DNA from: an uncultured Acidobacteriota bacterium
GTDB lineage: Bacteria > Acidobacteriota > Thermoanaerobaculia > Multivoradales > JAHEKO01
NCBI GenBank assembly: GCA_963713825.1
Contig: CAVQNG010000003.1
Coordinates: 1,344,001 to 1,408,000 of the forward strand
Direction of reading: 5' to 3'
DNA: 64,000 nucleotides
The position numbers and the translations under genes were made by a program. Shown piece after piece: positions 46,585-56,598 of the stretch. Under the pieces are notes generated by a model. The model saw only the letters and a program-made list of their open reading frames with translations. It searched no databases and had not been told where the DNA came from. Each line of letters starts with the position of its first letter. Positions within the stretch are counted from its first letter, which is position 1.

Positions 46585-49500
46585 ATGAAGAGCATGCTCT
46601 TGAAGACAGGCATCCTGGTGGTTGCCTTGATCGGGCTGGGCCTGCCGGCTGCGGCCCAGGTCGAGATCGACTCGAGTACTTTTGGTGGCTTGTATGCCCG
46701 CTCTATCGGTCCGGCGATCATGAGCGGCAGAATCGCCGCCATCGACGCTGTGGCGGAGGATCCCCTGACCATCTACGCCGGTGCTGCGAGTGGCGGCGTC
46801 TGGAAGTCGAAGGACGGCGGCCTGACCTGGAATCCGATCTTCGATGACTACATTCAGTCCATCGGCGCCATCCGGATAGATCCTCAGGATTCGAACACAG
46901 TCTGGGTCGGCACCGGGGAGTCGTGGGTGCGCAATAGCGTCTCAGTGGGCGCTGGCGTCTACAAAACGACGGACGGAGGCGACTCCTGGACGTTCGTCGG
47001 ATTGAAAGAATCGGAGCGCATTGCCCGCATCGTTATCGACCCCGACAACACCGATACGGTCTTTGTCTGCGCCACGGGGCAGCTGTGGAGTGCCAACGAG
47101 GAGCGGGGCGTTTACAGGACCACGGACGGCGGTGAGAACTGGGAGCAGGTACTCGGGGTCGATGAGAACACCGGGTGCTCGGATATCGCGATCGATCCCC
47201 AGAGCCCCAACATTCTCTACGCCGGCATGTGGCAGTTTCGGCGCTACCCCGACTTCTTCGAGTCGGGTGGTCCTGGCAGCGCACTCTACAAGTCGACCGA
47301 TGGCGGCAAGAACTGGAAAGAGTTGACGACCGGTCTGCCCGAAGGCGAGAAGGGGCGAATCGCGGTCACTGTTGCGCCGAGTCGTCCGAGTCGCGTCTAT
47401 GCCGTCGTCGAGGCCGAAGAGACGGCCCTCTACAAATCGGACGATCTGGGAGAAAGCTGGGAGGAGATGAACAACTCTCTGTCGGTCAAGAGTCGTCCTT
47501 TCTACTTTGCCTATGTGGTGGTCGATCCGGAGGATTTCGAACGCGTCTACAAGCCCGGGTTCTACCTGGGAGTCTCGACGGATTCCGGCAAGTCCTTCAC
47601 CTCGATCTTGAGCGGCGGGTTCGACATGGCGGTGCACAGTGACCACCATGCGCTGTGGATCAACCCCGACAATACCCACGAACTGATTCTGGGGACAGAC
47701 GGTGGTGTCTATATGTCCTACGATCGGGCCGCTCACTTCCGGCTCATCAAGGCGCTGCCGATCTCGCAGTTCTACGAGGTGAGCTACGACTTCGACAGGC
47801 CTTACAACGTATTCGGGGGGTTGCAGGACAACGGTTCCTGGATGGGTCCCTCGCAGTCGGCCGGCGGCATCGAGAACAAGGACTGGACCCTGGTCGGGCA
47901 GGGAGATGGATTCCATACCTACCGAGACCCCGAAGAGACCGACATGATCTACGCCGAGTTCCAGGGTGGAAACCTGACTCGCTATCACCTGGCAACAGGA
48001 GAGTCCAAAGAGATTCGGCCGCTGCCTGGCGAGGGTGAGGAGGACTATCGATTCAATTGGAACACTGCGCTGCATCTGTCGCCGAGCACTCCGGGCACCC
48101 TCTACTACGGGGGGCAGTATTTGTTCCGGTCTCCAGATCGAGGCGAGTCTTGGCAGAAGATCTCTCCGGACTTGACGACCAACGACCCCCAACGGCAGCG
48201 TCAGATGGAGACCGGTGGGCTGACGTTGGACAACTCGACGGCCGAGAACAACGCCACGATCTACACGATCTCGGAATCGCCCAGAAACTCCAAGGTGCTG
48301 TGGGTTGGTACCGACGACGGCTTGGTGCAGGTGACCCGAGACGGCGGGGAGAGCTGGACCAACGTGACCGCGAACATCCCGGACTTGCCGCAGGGCCTCT
48401 GGGTTTCTCACGTCGAGGCCAGCTCACACGAGGAGGGTACGGCACATGTGTCCGTGGACGGGCACCGGTCGGGCGACATGGGCACCTACCTCTACCGAAC
48501 GACCGATTTCGGATCGACCTGGGAGTCCATCGTCAGTGAGGGGGTCGAGAGTTTCGCCCATGTCGTAGCACAGGACCCGGTGAATCCCGACCTTCTGTTC
48601 GCCGGTACCGAGTTCGGGTTGTACGTCACCTTGGATGGTGGCAACCGGTGGGCCCGTTTCAAGGGTGGTCTGCCGCCAGTGCCGGTGCGGGATCTGGATA
48701 TCCATCCACGCGATCACGACTTGATCGTCGGCACTCACGGTCGGGGCATCTACATCTTGGACGACCTGACTCCTCTTCGCGCTCTGACGGCGGAGACCCT
48801 CGAGGCCAATCTCGCCTTGCTGCCGGCTCGTGACGCCGTCATGGCAGTTTCGGGTGGCATGTCCTGGTTCACGGGCAGCGACGAGTTCTCGGGCAGGAAC
48901 CCCCCTGAGGCGGCGAGCATCTTCTTCTATCAGAAGAAGCGGCACATCTTCGGCGATCTCAAGGTCGAGATCTACGACTCCGCGGGCGAGCTGATCACTA
49001 CGATTCCCGCACCCAAGGTGAAGGGTCTGAATCGGGCAGACTGGCCGATGCGGCTTCCTCCACCCAAGCTACCTCCCGCTACGAACCTGGTCTTCGTCTT
49101 CCAGGGTCCGCGAGTGCCGGAAGGGACCTATACCTACAAGCTGATCAAAGGCAAGGACACCTTCGAAGGGACCGTAAATCTGGTGGCGGACCCCCGTTCG
49201 CCACACTCGGCAGAGGATCGGAAGTTACAGCAGGAGACTTCCCTCGAGCTCTACGCTGCTCTGGAGGGCCTGACCTACGTCATCGACACCCTGATCGATG
49301 TCCGGGACCAGGCCAAGGGTAGAGCGGAGGAGGCGGGCGGTAAGGGCGGGCTGGCCAAGAATCTCGAGACCTATGCCGACGAGTTGGAGACGTTTCGGGG
49401 CTCTCTGGTCTCCACGGCGGAGACCGGTTGGATTTCGGGTGACGAAAAGCTGCGGGAGAAAATGGGCAACCTGTTCGGCGGCATCGTCAACTACGACGGG

Positions 49501-49770
49501 CGTCCGACCCAATCGCAAATCGACCGGAAGGATGTGCTTATCGGTCAACTGACGACGGCCGAAGCCCGGTTTGGGGAGCTCACGACGAGTCGGGAGCTCA
49601 CGTCCCTGAACTCGCAACTGGAGGGTAAGGGCCTGGAGGCCATCACGGTCATGAGCCGCGAGGAGTGGGAGGAGAATCAGGAATCGAGCGGCGCTTCCTC
49701 GTCAGGAGTGAGTGCCAAGCGTCTGGCTGGAATCATGTCGAGCCGGGCACTGATGCCATTGGGCTTCTAG
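46585..49770 (+). CDS. VPS10/BNR Asp-box repeat protein (putative glycosyl hydrolase)
   Basis: RSIGP..MSGRI, many (S/T)xDGGxxW Asp-boxes, GGLQDNG, RFNWN, GTHGRG, C-terminal coiled coil. Confidence 0.9.
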   Translation: MKSMLLKTGILVVALIGLGLPAAAQVEIDSSTFGGLYARSIGPAIMSGRIAAIDAVAEDPLTIYAGAASGGVWKSKDGGLTWNPIFDDYIQSIGAIRIDPQDSNTVWVGTGESWVRNSVSVGAGVYKTTDGGDSWTFVGLKESERIARIVIDPDNTDTVFVCATGQLWSANEERGVYRTTDGGENWEQVLGVDENTGCSDIAIDPQSPNILYAGMWQFRRYPDFFESGGPGSALYKSTDGGKNWKELTTGLPEGEKGRIAVTVAPSRPSRVYAVVEAEETALYKSDDLGESWEEMNNSLSVKSRPFYFAYVVVDPEDFERVYKPGFYLGVSTDSGKSFTSILSGGFDMAVHSDHHALWINPDNTHELILGTDGGVYMSYDRAAHFRLIKALPISQFYEVSYDFDRPYNVFGGLQDNGSWMGPSQSAGGIENKDWTLVGQGDGFHTYRDPEETDMIYAEFQGGNLTRYHLATGESKEIRPLPGEGEEDYRFNWNTALHLSPSTPGTLYYGGQYLFRSPDRGESWQKISPDLTTNDPQRQRQMETGGLTLDNSTAENNATIYTISESPRNSKVLWVGTDDGLVQVTRDGGESWTNVTANIPDLPQGLWVSHVEASSHEEGTAHVSVDGHRSGDMGTYLYRTTDFGSTWESIVSEGVESFAHVVAQDPVNPDLLFAGTEFGLYVTLDGGNRWARFKGGLPPVPVRDLDIHPRDHDLIVGTHGRGIYILDDLTPLRALTAETLEANLALLPARDAVMAVSGGMSWFTGSDEFSGRNPPEAASIFFYQKKRHIFGDLKVEIYDSAGELITTIPAPKVKGLNRADWPMRLPPPKLPPATNLVFVFQGPRVPEGTYTYKLIKGKDTFEGTVNLVADPRSPHSAEDRKLQQETSLELYAALEGLTYVIDTLIDVRDQAKGRAEEAGGKGGLAKNLETYADELETFRGSLVSTAETGWISGDEKLREKMGNLFGGIVNYDGRPTQSQIDRKDVLIGQLTTAEARFGELTTSRELTSLNSQLEGKGLEAITVMSREEWEENQESSGASSSGVSAKRLAGIMSSRALMPLGF

Positions 49771-49801
49771 CAGCCGGCTCGAACTTGTTCGTAAGATGGT
49801 G

Positions 49802-49833
49802 GAAGCCCCCGGGTGTCCGGGGGCTTCTCTTTA
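49802..49833 (+). terminator. Intrinsic terminator after the VPS10 gene
   Basis: 11-bp stem gaagcccccgg-gtgt-ccgggggcttc followed by tcttta, between convergent genes. Confidence 0.75.
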
Positions 49834-51447
49834 TTGGGATGAGGGCGACTTCCGGCGAAAGATCAGGAAGTAGTCATCGATACGGCTGAAAGGCTCATAG
49901 TCGCGCTGCACGATGGGCAGCAGCTTCTGATCCTGGATCAGTCGCTGGAGAGAGGAGTCGGGCAGACCGAACCAGGGGAACGAATCGTTGGCCCTGACCA
50001 GGAGTAGCTCCGGCTGCTGGTCCCTTACCGTCTGAACGACTTCATCGTGCACCTTGTCGGCCAGCCCGTAGCCAGGCATGTAGGCGAAGGTCGTGACGAG
50101 ATGGCGGCCAGCGTTCGGACGATCTCCAAGCAGGTAGGTAACGCCCGCCAAACCCAAAACGTAGATGCTCTGGCCTTCGGGAACCAGGTCGCGTACAGCT
50201 TGCGCTGCCTCCAACTCCCTGGCGTAGCTGTAGTAGTGGGGCTCCTCCCCGCGACGCTCGTGAACGGTTGCGAGATCCTCTGGCCCTGTGAGCCAGCGGG
50301 ACAGGTCGGTCGCGTCGAGTCTGAAGCGCGGTGTCGCGACCATCCAGACGCTCAGTAGACCCAGCAGCATTCCAGAGGCGATGGCGCGCCACGGCGTGCC
50401 TTGCCCCCTGGAGACTATGGAGAGAACACCTTCCAAACCCCAAGCCGAGAGCGCAGCGATTCCCACCATCGCAGGCACCGCGTGGTAGCGAAAGCCCGCA
50501 ACGCCCGTAGCAAAGGCGACAAGACCCCAAACGAAGGTGCCGACAACGAGACTCCAGGATGCCCACCGGATCGTCCCGGTTCTGGCCAGTCGGGTGAGAC
50601 GAAAGAGCCCGAGCAGCACCAGTCCAGCGACGGCGTAGTTCCGAGGCGAGCTCAGGAAGTAGTAGGCGAACCGGACATGGAGATCGGGCGGGATCGGTCG
50701 CACCCCCGTCAGATAGGCCGGATGGTGCTCGAGGAAGAGTTGCAGAAGGCCGGCGAGGCTTCCTGAGAGCAGCACGAACGCCAGCACGATGGCTGAAACC
50801 GTGAAGGTGCCAAGAGCCAAATACCAGGCCCGCTGCTTACCTTCTGCCGTGCGGTTGCTTTCCCACAAAAGCACCAGAAAGAACCCGAAAATTAGGAGCG
50901 CGGCCTGAGGCTTCAGCCAGGCCGCCCAGGCCAAGGCAGCGCCAGACACCAATGCAGCCAGGTGCTGGCGAGGGTTCTCGATCGCAAATAGGCCCGCACT
51001 CAGGGCAATAGCAACAGCGGCCGCTTGGTAGAACTCGACCTGACCGCGCTCGGGCAGGCCCCAAAGGGAGGAGGAGGTCAGAGCGCAGAAGCTCAACGGC
51101 AACAGGAAGAGCAGCGCCAGCCGGGGCTCTCGTTGATTGCTGTTTCGCGGCGCCAGAGCTCCGAACCCGAGCCCCAGCCCGGCGACGAGTAGGGTGACGA
51201 GCTCGACGATCCGAGAAGCCAAGGCCGAAGGTCCGAGAATCGAGATCCGAACCATCTCCTGCAGATAGATCGCCGGAGCCTTGTGGTCGAAGACATCGAG
51301 GTAGAGCGTCTCGCCGTCCAATAGATAGCGGGCTACAGCCGCGAAGAGAGCGGCATCTTCGAAGTAAGGGTAGACGAGCGCAGGGGCCAACAGCACTGCG
51401 GACAGAAGTGCCGCAGCAACCACGACCAGAGTGCTTCGAGTTCTCAT
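49831..51447 (-). CDS. GT-C fold membrane glycosyltransferase (ArnT/PMT-like)
   Basis: EDAALF, LYLDVFDHKAPAIY, LKP, F.YH motifs; about 11 TMs and a C-terminal soluble domain. Confidence 0.75.
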   Translation of the reverse strand: MRTRSTLVVVAAALLSAVLLAPALVYPYFEDAALFAAVARYLLDGETLYLDVFDHKAPAIYLQEMVRISILGPSALASRIVELVTLLVAGLGLGFGALAPRNSNQREPRLALLFLLPLSFCALTSSSLWGLPERGQVEFYQAAAVAIALSAGLFAIENPRQHLAALVSGAALAWAAWLKPQAALLIFGFFLVLLWESNRTAEGKQRAWYLALGTFTVSAIVLAFVLLSGSLAGLLQLFLEHHPAYLTGVRPIPPDLHVRFAYYFLSSPRNYAVAGLVLLGLFRLTRLARTGTIRWASWSLVVGTFVWGLVAFATGVAGFRYHAVPAMVGIAALSAWGLEGVLSIVSRGQGTPWRAIASGMLLGLLSVWMVATPRFRLDATDLSRWLTGPEDLATVHERRGEEPHYYSYARELEAAQAVRDLVPEGQSIYVLGLAGVTYLLGDRPNAGRHLVTTFAYMPGYGLADKVHDEVVQTVRDQQPELLLVRANDSFPWFGLPDSSLQRLIQDQKLLPIVQRDYEPFSRIDDYFLIFRRKSPSSQ

Positions 51448-51501
51448 TGCCCGTTCGTACTTTGCGATTCGATGGAGACGCTCGAGTCCCTGAATCGGCT
51501 T

Positions 51502-53130
51502 CTACTCCTCCTCCTCTTCTTCATCCTCTTCGTCCCCTACTTCGCTCTCGGGTGGCTTCCTGGGAATCGGTTTTCGAGGCAGCAACTCATCGCGCATGGC
51601 GGCGTGATAGGCGAAGGAGGCCATGACCACCGAGGCCTGCACCAGGTCCTCGCGCTGAGCGTGATCGAAGACGTCCAAATTGGAGTGATGGGTGCGAGTG
51701 TAGTAGTCGAGGTCGTCCTGGATGAACTGGAAGCCGGGCAGACCGACAGCGTCGAAAGCGACGTGGTCGGTACCGCCGGTATTGCGGTTGGTCACGGTGT
51801 CGGCGCCCATGTCTCGGAAGGGTTTCAGCCACGCCTCGAAAACCTGAGCGACGGCCGCGTTGCCCTGCGTGTAGATGCCGCGGATCTTGCCACTGCCATT
51901 GTCGAGATTGAAGTACGCCGACAGCTTGGCATGATCCGGCTTGACAGTAATGGGCCAGCCCAGAGTTCGCAGGTGGGCCGGGAACTCCTGCTCCTCGGCA
52001 ATCTCGGAGTCGGGCCGGGACGCGTAGTGTTTCTCGACATGGGCGCGAGCTCCGAGAAGGCCTTGTTCCTCGCCAGCCCAGAGGCCAACCCGGATCGTGC
52101 GACGGGGTCTTACCTCGAGGGCCTGCAGAATGCGCACGGCCTCCATGACGACAGCCGTACCCGTGCCGTTGTCATTGGACCCTGTGCCGGCATGCCAGGA
52201 ATCGAGGTGGGCGCCCAGCAGCACGACTTCGTCGGCCTTGTCGGTGCCTGGGATCTCGGCAATCGTGTTGTAGACCACGAGGTCGTCGTAGAACTGAGAT
52301 TCGAAGTCGAGCTCGAGCTCGACTTCCTGGTCCTCCTCCAGCAGCCTCGAGATCCAGTTGTAGTGCTCCGCGGCCAACACAAATGAGGGCACACCGACGC
52401 TTTCGTCCGGCTGTCGCGAACCGGCGCTACCGAGTCGCAGCGTGCCGCCGTCCCGAGAACTGATGTCCGCGACGGCGATCGCGCCCTCCTTGACCAGGAA
52501 TTCGTTCAAGGCCCGGCGCAGCTTCAGGTGCTTGCGGGCTTCTTCGAGCCATTTGCCGACTTGGCCAGAGGGAAAGTCGAACGCCTCCATCTCTTGGAGG
52601 TCCTCGGGAGAGAGTCGAGCAAACTCGGCCAGCTCGGGAGGTTTGATCTCGCGCTTGTCGCTCATGAAGAGGACCTTGCCTTGCAGCCCTCCACGGTACT
52701 GATCGAGGTCGTCCTCGGATTCGATCTTCGCCTGGATCGCCTGGCCGCGAATGGGACCGTTCGTGCCGGGTGTCCAAGCCTTGGGCAGCGCCATCAGCGG
52801 CGTCTGGCGTGGCTGCAGCATGTGGACGGTGGACCGACTGAAGGACCAGCCCCGCCCGAAGGGCCCCCACTCCTCGAGGTGCCCGTTCTCCAGCCCCCAC
52901 TCCTGCAGTTTCTCGAGTGTCCATTCATTGGCCTCGACCAGAGCTGGCGAGCCGGTCAGCCGGGGACCGATCCGGTCGGTGAGGTGCTGCAGGGTATCCA
53001 TCACCTGCGAGTGGTGGATGCCTTCGTCTCGAATGCGGTTGACCATTTCCCAATGAACAGGCTCATCGGCCCACAGGGTGCAGGCGAACAGAAGGCAGGT
53101 GGCGGCGAGAAGAGTGAAGCTCCGTCGCAT
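51502..53130 (-). CDS. M28-family metallopeptidase (carboxypeptidase Q-like)
   Basis: IGPRLTGS, GAHLDSW, DNGTG, GEEQGLLG, NLD, GTDH, THH; acidic tail. Confidence 0.92.
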   Translation of the reverse strand: MRRSFTLLAATCLLFACTLWADEPVHWEMVNRIRDEGIHHSQVMDTLQHLTDRIGPRLTGSPALVEANEWTLEKLQEWGLENGHLEEWGPFGRGWSFSRSTVHMLQPRQTPLMALPKAWTPGTNGPIRGQAIQAKIESEDDLDQYRGGLQGKVLFMSDKREIKPPELAEFARLSPEDLQEMEAFDFPSGQVGKWLEEARKHLKLRRALNEFLVKEGAIAVADISSRDGGTLRLGSAGSRQPDESVGVPSFVLAAEHYNWISRLLEEDQEVELELDFESQFYDDLVVYNTIAEIPGTDKADEVVLLGAHLDSWHAGTGSNDNGTGTAVVMEAVRILQALEVRPRRTIRVGLWAGEEQGLLGARAHVEKHYASRPDSEIAEEQEFPAHLRTLGWPITVKPDHAKLSAYFNLDNGSGKIRGIYTQGNAAVAQVFEAWLKPFRDMGADTVTNRNTGGTDHVAFDAVGLPGFQFIQDDLDYYTRTHHSNLDVFDHAQREDLVQASVVMASFAYHAAMRDELLPRKPIPRKPPESEVGDEEDEEEEEE

Positions 53131-53349
53131 GGTGTTCTCCCAGTCTTGAGTGGCGGCGCGAGTGTGAGCAATCTCGAGAGGGTGACCGGTGGCAGTCTAT
53201 CCCACCGATCAAGGTTGAAACGGGTCTCTGGTCGGCTTCTCGACCCCGATTCGGAGAGCGGCTAAACCCTGGAATGACGGTAGAATGCTTCCCTCGGGCT
53301 AAGTCACGATCCAGGACAAGATTTCAGACTTCAAACAGAGAGGCGGACA

Positions 53350-54123
53350 ATGATCATTTCCCTGGTCAATGTGAAGGGTGGCGTTGGAAAGACCACGACG
53401 GCGGTCAATCTGGGGGCCGGCTTCGCGGGTAGTGGACTGCGAGTTCTGCTGGTCGATCTCGACCCACAGGGCTCGGCCAGCTATTCGCTCGGCATCGACA
53501 CCGATCAAGTGAAGGCCTCGAGCGTGGATCTCCTGGTCGGTGAGCAGCCGATCGAAGACGTGATCGTGGAGACCGCAGTCGAGGGTCTCGACTTGGTCCC
53601 CGGCAGCATGGAGTTGGCTGCAGCCGATCTCGCTCTGGCTCGCAAGAAGCACCCTGAGCGGAGAATGAAAAAGGCATTGAAGCCTGTGGCCCGCCGGTAC
53701 GACTTCATCCTCGTGGATTGCCCTCCCGGTCTGTCGATTCTGTCGGTCAACGGACTGGTCGCGGCGAATTTCTACATCCTTCCCGTGGTGCCCCACGACC
53801 TGGACATGGAGGCCATGAATCACTTCTTCAAGGCTCTCGAGAGCCTGGGCCGGAGCGTGCGCGGCCTGCCGGACTTACTGGGAGTTCTAATGACGATGGT
53901 AGATCACCGCACCGCGGTGACCAACGCCGTCGTCGAGGGCGTTCGCAGGGCCCTGGGCAGGGAAGTCTTCCAAACGGAGATTCCGATCAATGTCCGTCTC
54001 GCCGAGGCTCCGGGCTACGGGCTGTCGATCTTCGACTATGAGGCGTGGTCGCCGGGCGCCAGGGCGTATAGCCAACTGGGTGGGGAAGTCATCCGCCGTC
54101 TGCGGCAGAAGAACGCGATCTAG
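53350..54123 (+). CDS. ParA/Soj-family ATPase (orphan)
   Basis: KGGVGKTT, VDLDPQG, VDCPP, NVRLAEAPGYG. Confidence 0.93.
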   Translation: MIISLVNVKGGVGKTTTAVNLGAGFAGSGLRVLLVDLDPQGSASYSLGIDTDQVKASSVDLLVGEQPIEDVIVETAVEGLDLVPGSMELAAADLALARKKHPERRMKKALKPVARRYDFILVDCPPGLSILSVNGLVAANFYILPVVPHDLDMEAMNHFFKALESLGRSVRGLPDLLGVLMTMVDHRTAVTNAVVEGVRRALGREVFQTEIPINVRLAEAPGYGLSIFDYEAWSPGARAYSQLGGEVIRRLRQKNAI

Positions 54124-54142
54124 AAGGCAGGGGCTCTGGCAC

Positions 54143-54541
54143 TCAGGAGAGGAGTAGCTCCTGCCTCTCCAATTCTCGGACCCATTCGTCGATGGCCTCG
54201 GCCATGTCCTGCGGCAGATCGAGGAATCGAAGACCCATTCCCGGGTCGTAGCGGTGCTCACGAGAGTAGCGCCGCTGCCAGACGACTTCGCAGTGGCATG
54301 CAGCGATCCGATTCACCGGATCGGGCAGAGGGAACTCCACCCAGAACTGGCTGCCAGGCTCACGCGGGTTGATGGTGCCGATCATCATGCCGCTCTTGCT
54401 CAAGTTCTTCGCATAGCCGAAGAACGTCTTGTGACCATCGGTGCAGTCTGCCTGGACCACGGTAATGGGTACCCGCAGTGCTTGTCGCGAGTCGGCTTGG
54501 GGGGTTTCGTCAGCTTGGCGCTGGTGCTTTTCCAGAATCAT
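54143..54541 (-). CDS. PilZ-domain protein
   Basis: RxxxR (RQALR), NxSxxG (NLSKSG), EVVW, GMGLRF. Confidence 0.88.
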   Translation of the reverse strand: MILEKHQRQADETPQADSRQALRVPITVVQADCTDGHKTFFGYAKNLSKSGMMIGTINPREPGSQFWVEFPLPDPVNRIAACHCEVVWQRRYSREHRYDPGMGLRFLDLPQDMAEAIDEWVRELERQELLLS

Positions 54542-54668
54542 GAACCACCTCGTAGAGTCCGGCAGAACAGGATGTTGTCGCGCACACCCTAGTCTGAGCA
54601 GCAGCCCGATGCCGTGCTATGAAATAGCTCACTCGCGTCTTTGGGGGCAAATGAGGCAAACTGACTCC

Positions 54669-55040
54669 ATGGTGAGTTCATTTCGAGTGCTCTCGAGTCG
54701 TTCGGCGTCACTTCTCCTCGTCGGGGCTCTGCTATTCGTTTTCGGGTGTGGCGACCTGTTGGTGAAGAGGTCGGCCGGGGAGAAGCTCTATCGCAAGAAC
54801 TGCGCCGACTGCCACGGTCTCGACGGCAAGGGGCAAACCATTCGATACATGGGGAATCCCAACGCGAATCTCGCCGACAGCAGCTGGAAGTACGGTGGAG
54901 GCGACAGCGTTGCGATTCAGAATGTGCTGCTCCAGGGGCTGGTGGAGCGTCATCCTTCGTCGCTGCAAAGGTTGCGGCCGAACGAAGTCAAGGCGATAGC
55001 CGGCTGGGTTCTGGAGCTCCGAGGCGAAGTCAGTCGCTAG
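54669..55040 (+). CDS. Monoheme c-type cytochrome lipoprotein
   Basis: Lipobox VFGC; GEKLY..NCADCHG..GKG, W.YGG. Start at 54669 or 54651. Confidence 0.85.
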   Translation: MVSSFRVLSSRSASLLLVGALLFVFGCGDLLVKRSAGEKLYRKNCADCHGLDGKGQTIRYMGNPNANLADSSWKYGGGDSVAIQNVLLQGLVERHPSSLQRLRPNEVKAIAGWVLELRGEVSR

Positions 55041-55059
55041 AGTCCCAGTTGCTAGAGAC

Positions 55060-56331
55060 CTAGTCCCATTCGCTTGTTCCCCCCGATTCGAATCCGCCCG
55101 TGAAAACGGTGCTGGCGCTGACGAATCGGTAGATCGTGCCGCCGAGGTCTACCAGGTAGATCTCACCGGACTCGTCCTCCCCGAAACCGCTGATGGAGTG
55201 GGACGTGTCGCGCCACAAAGAGCGGGTCCAACTTCCGTCCGACTGCTCAATGCCAAGCCAGATGCGGCCGCTGCAGTAGTCGCCAAACACATAGGTGCCG
55301 ACCAGGCCGGCGATGAAGTGCCCGCCGTATCTGTAGCCGCCCGTCACGGAGCAGCCCAGCGTATGGGAGTACTGCAGAATCGGGAAGTCGTACAGCTGGG
55401 CAGCGCCGCACAGGGGCGAGGGATCGGTGGGGTTGGCAGTGTCGGCTTCGAAGCAATCCCAGCCCCAATTCATGCCGCCTTTACTCGACCAGGGTTCGAC
55501 GTCGATCTCCTCGATAGCATTCTGACCCACATCGCCGATGAACATGTCGCCCGAGTAGCGATCGAAACTCCAGCGCCAGGGGTTCCGCAGACCGAGCGCC
55601 CAGATCTCGTCGCAGTCACCTGTACCGCCGGCAAACGGGTTGTCGGGTGGAATACCGTAGGCCGCTTTCAGGCCGCAGAGGTCGTTCGGTTCAGCCGGAG
55701 GAAGACCATCGACGTCGATGCGCAGCATCTTGCCAAGCAGCGAGGTTGGATCCTGGGAGCGCTCGTTGGGGTCGTTCGAGGATCCACCATCACCCATGCC
55801 GATGTAGAGGTAGCCGTCGGGTCCGAAGAGAATGTTGCCACCGTTGTGGTTGCTGAAATCCTGTTCGATCTCCAGAAGGACCTTCGCCGAGGTGGGATCC
55901 GCCCGATCGGGGTCGCTGTCGGATACCGAGTAGCGAGCTATGACCGTGCGGTCTTTGCCCGACGCCGGGTTGTGTGTGTAGTTGACGAAGAAATAACCGT
56001 TGTCGGAAAACTGTGGATGAAAGTCGAGCCCGAGCAGTCCTTCCTCGTTGCCGGCATCCTGGACGAGGTCGACGATGTCCAGGAACGGAGCGGCTAGAAC
56101 CTGTCCATCCTTCAAGACTCGAATCCTGCCGGCTTGCTCGATGACAAAGAGGCGGCCGGTACCGTCGCCGGAGTGGCGGATGGCGACGGGCCGGACGAAG
56201 CCGGTGGCAATCGTCATGAGGTCTAGATCGTCTGGAGCCTCGGCTTGCAGCCTCTCTGGTGCGGCCAGCAGCGCCGCGGTCCACAGCAGGCTTCCAAGCG
56301 GGGCGAGAACTCTCGATAGTCGGTAGATCAT
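55060..56331 (-). CDS. PQQ-dependent glucose/sorbosone dehydrogenase family protein
   Basis: GLLGLDFHP, NHNGG, FGPDGYLYI..GDGG, GKMLRID, GLRNPWR, GDVGQ, SVTGG. Confidence 0.93.
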   Translation of the reverse strand: MIYRLSRVLAPLGSLLWTAALLAAPERLQAEAPDDLDLMTIATGFVRPVAIRHSGDGTGRLFVIEQAGRIRVLKDGQVLAAPFLDIVDLVQDAGNEEGLLGLDFHPQFSDNGYFFVNYTHNPASGKDRTVIARYSVSDSDPDRADPTSAKVLLEIEQDFSNHNGGNILFGPDGYLYIGMGDGGSSNDPNERSQDPTSLLGKMLRIDVDGLPPAEPNDLCGLKAAYGIPPDNPFAGGTGDCDEIWALGLRNPWRWSFDRYSGDMFIGDVGQNAIEEIDVEPWSSKGGMNWGWDCFEADTANPTDPSPLCGAAQLYDFPILQYSHTLGCSVTGGYRYGGHFIAGLVGTYVFGDYCSGRIWLGIEQSDGSWTRSLWRDTSHSISGFGEDESGEIYLVDLGGTIYRFVSASTVFTGGFESGGTSEWD

Positions 56332-56598
56332 CTTGCGACTCCTGCTAGCGGGTCTGACGATTGGACCTTTGGCTGGATGGCCGGCCGAGGCGGGACCTTA
56401 GCACCAGGGGGTAGGGGGTGTCAGTTAGAGGATTCTCGTAAGCGGGCAGACGCCTCCCACCCCTCGGAGTGGGCATCGGCCCGTCAGATCGGGTGTTGTA
56501 TCGAAGTCTCGTACCTTCGAGGATGGAGGGACCCACAGTGGGCCGGCGAGGCCGGGTGAGGGCGGTGGCTCCAGATCCCAATCCAAGAGGAGAGAAGA

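Noticed and set aside
56420-56590. Possible c-di-AMP or other riboswitch upstream of the porin
   Set aside because: Only short GC hairpins; the conserved GCTGAATCC and GTCAGCTAAC cores are absent.
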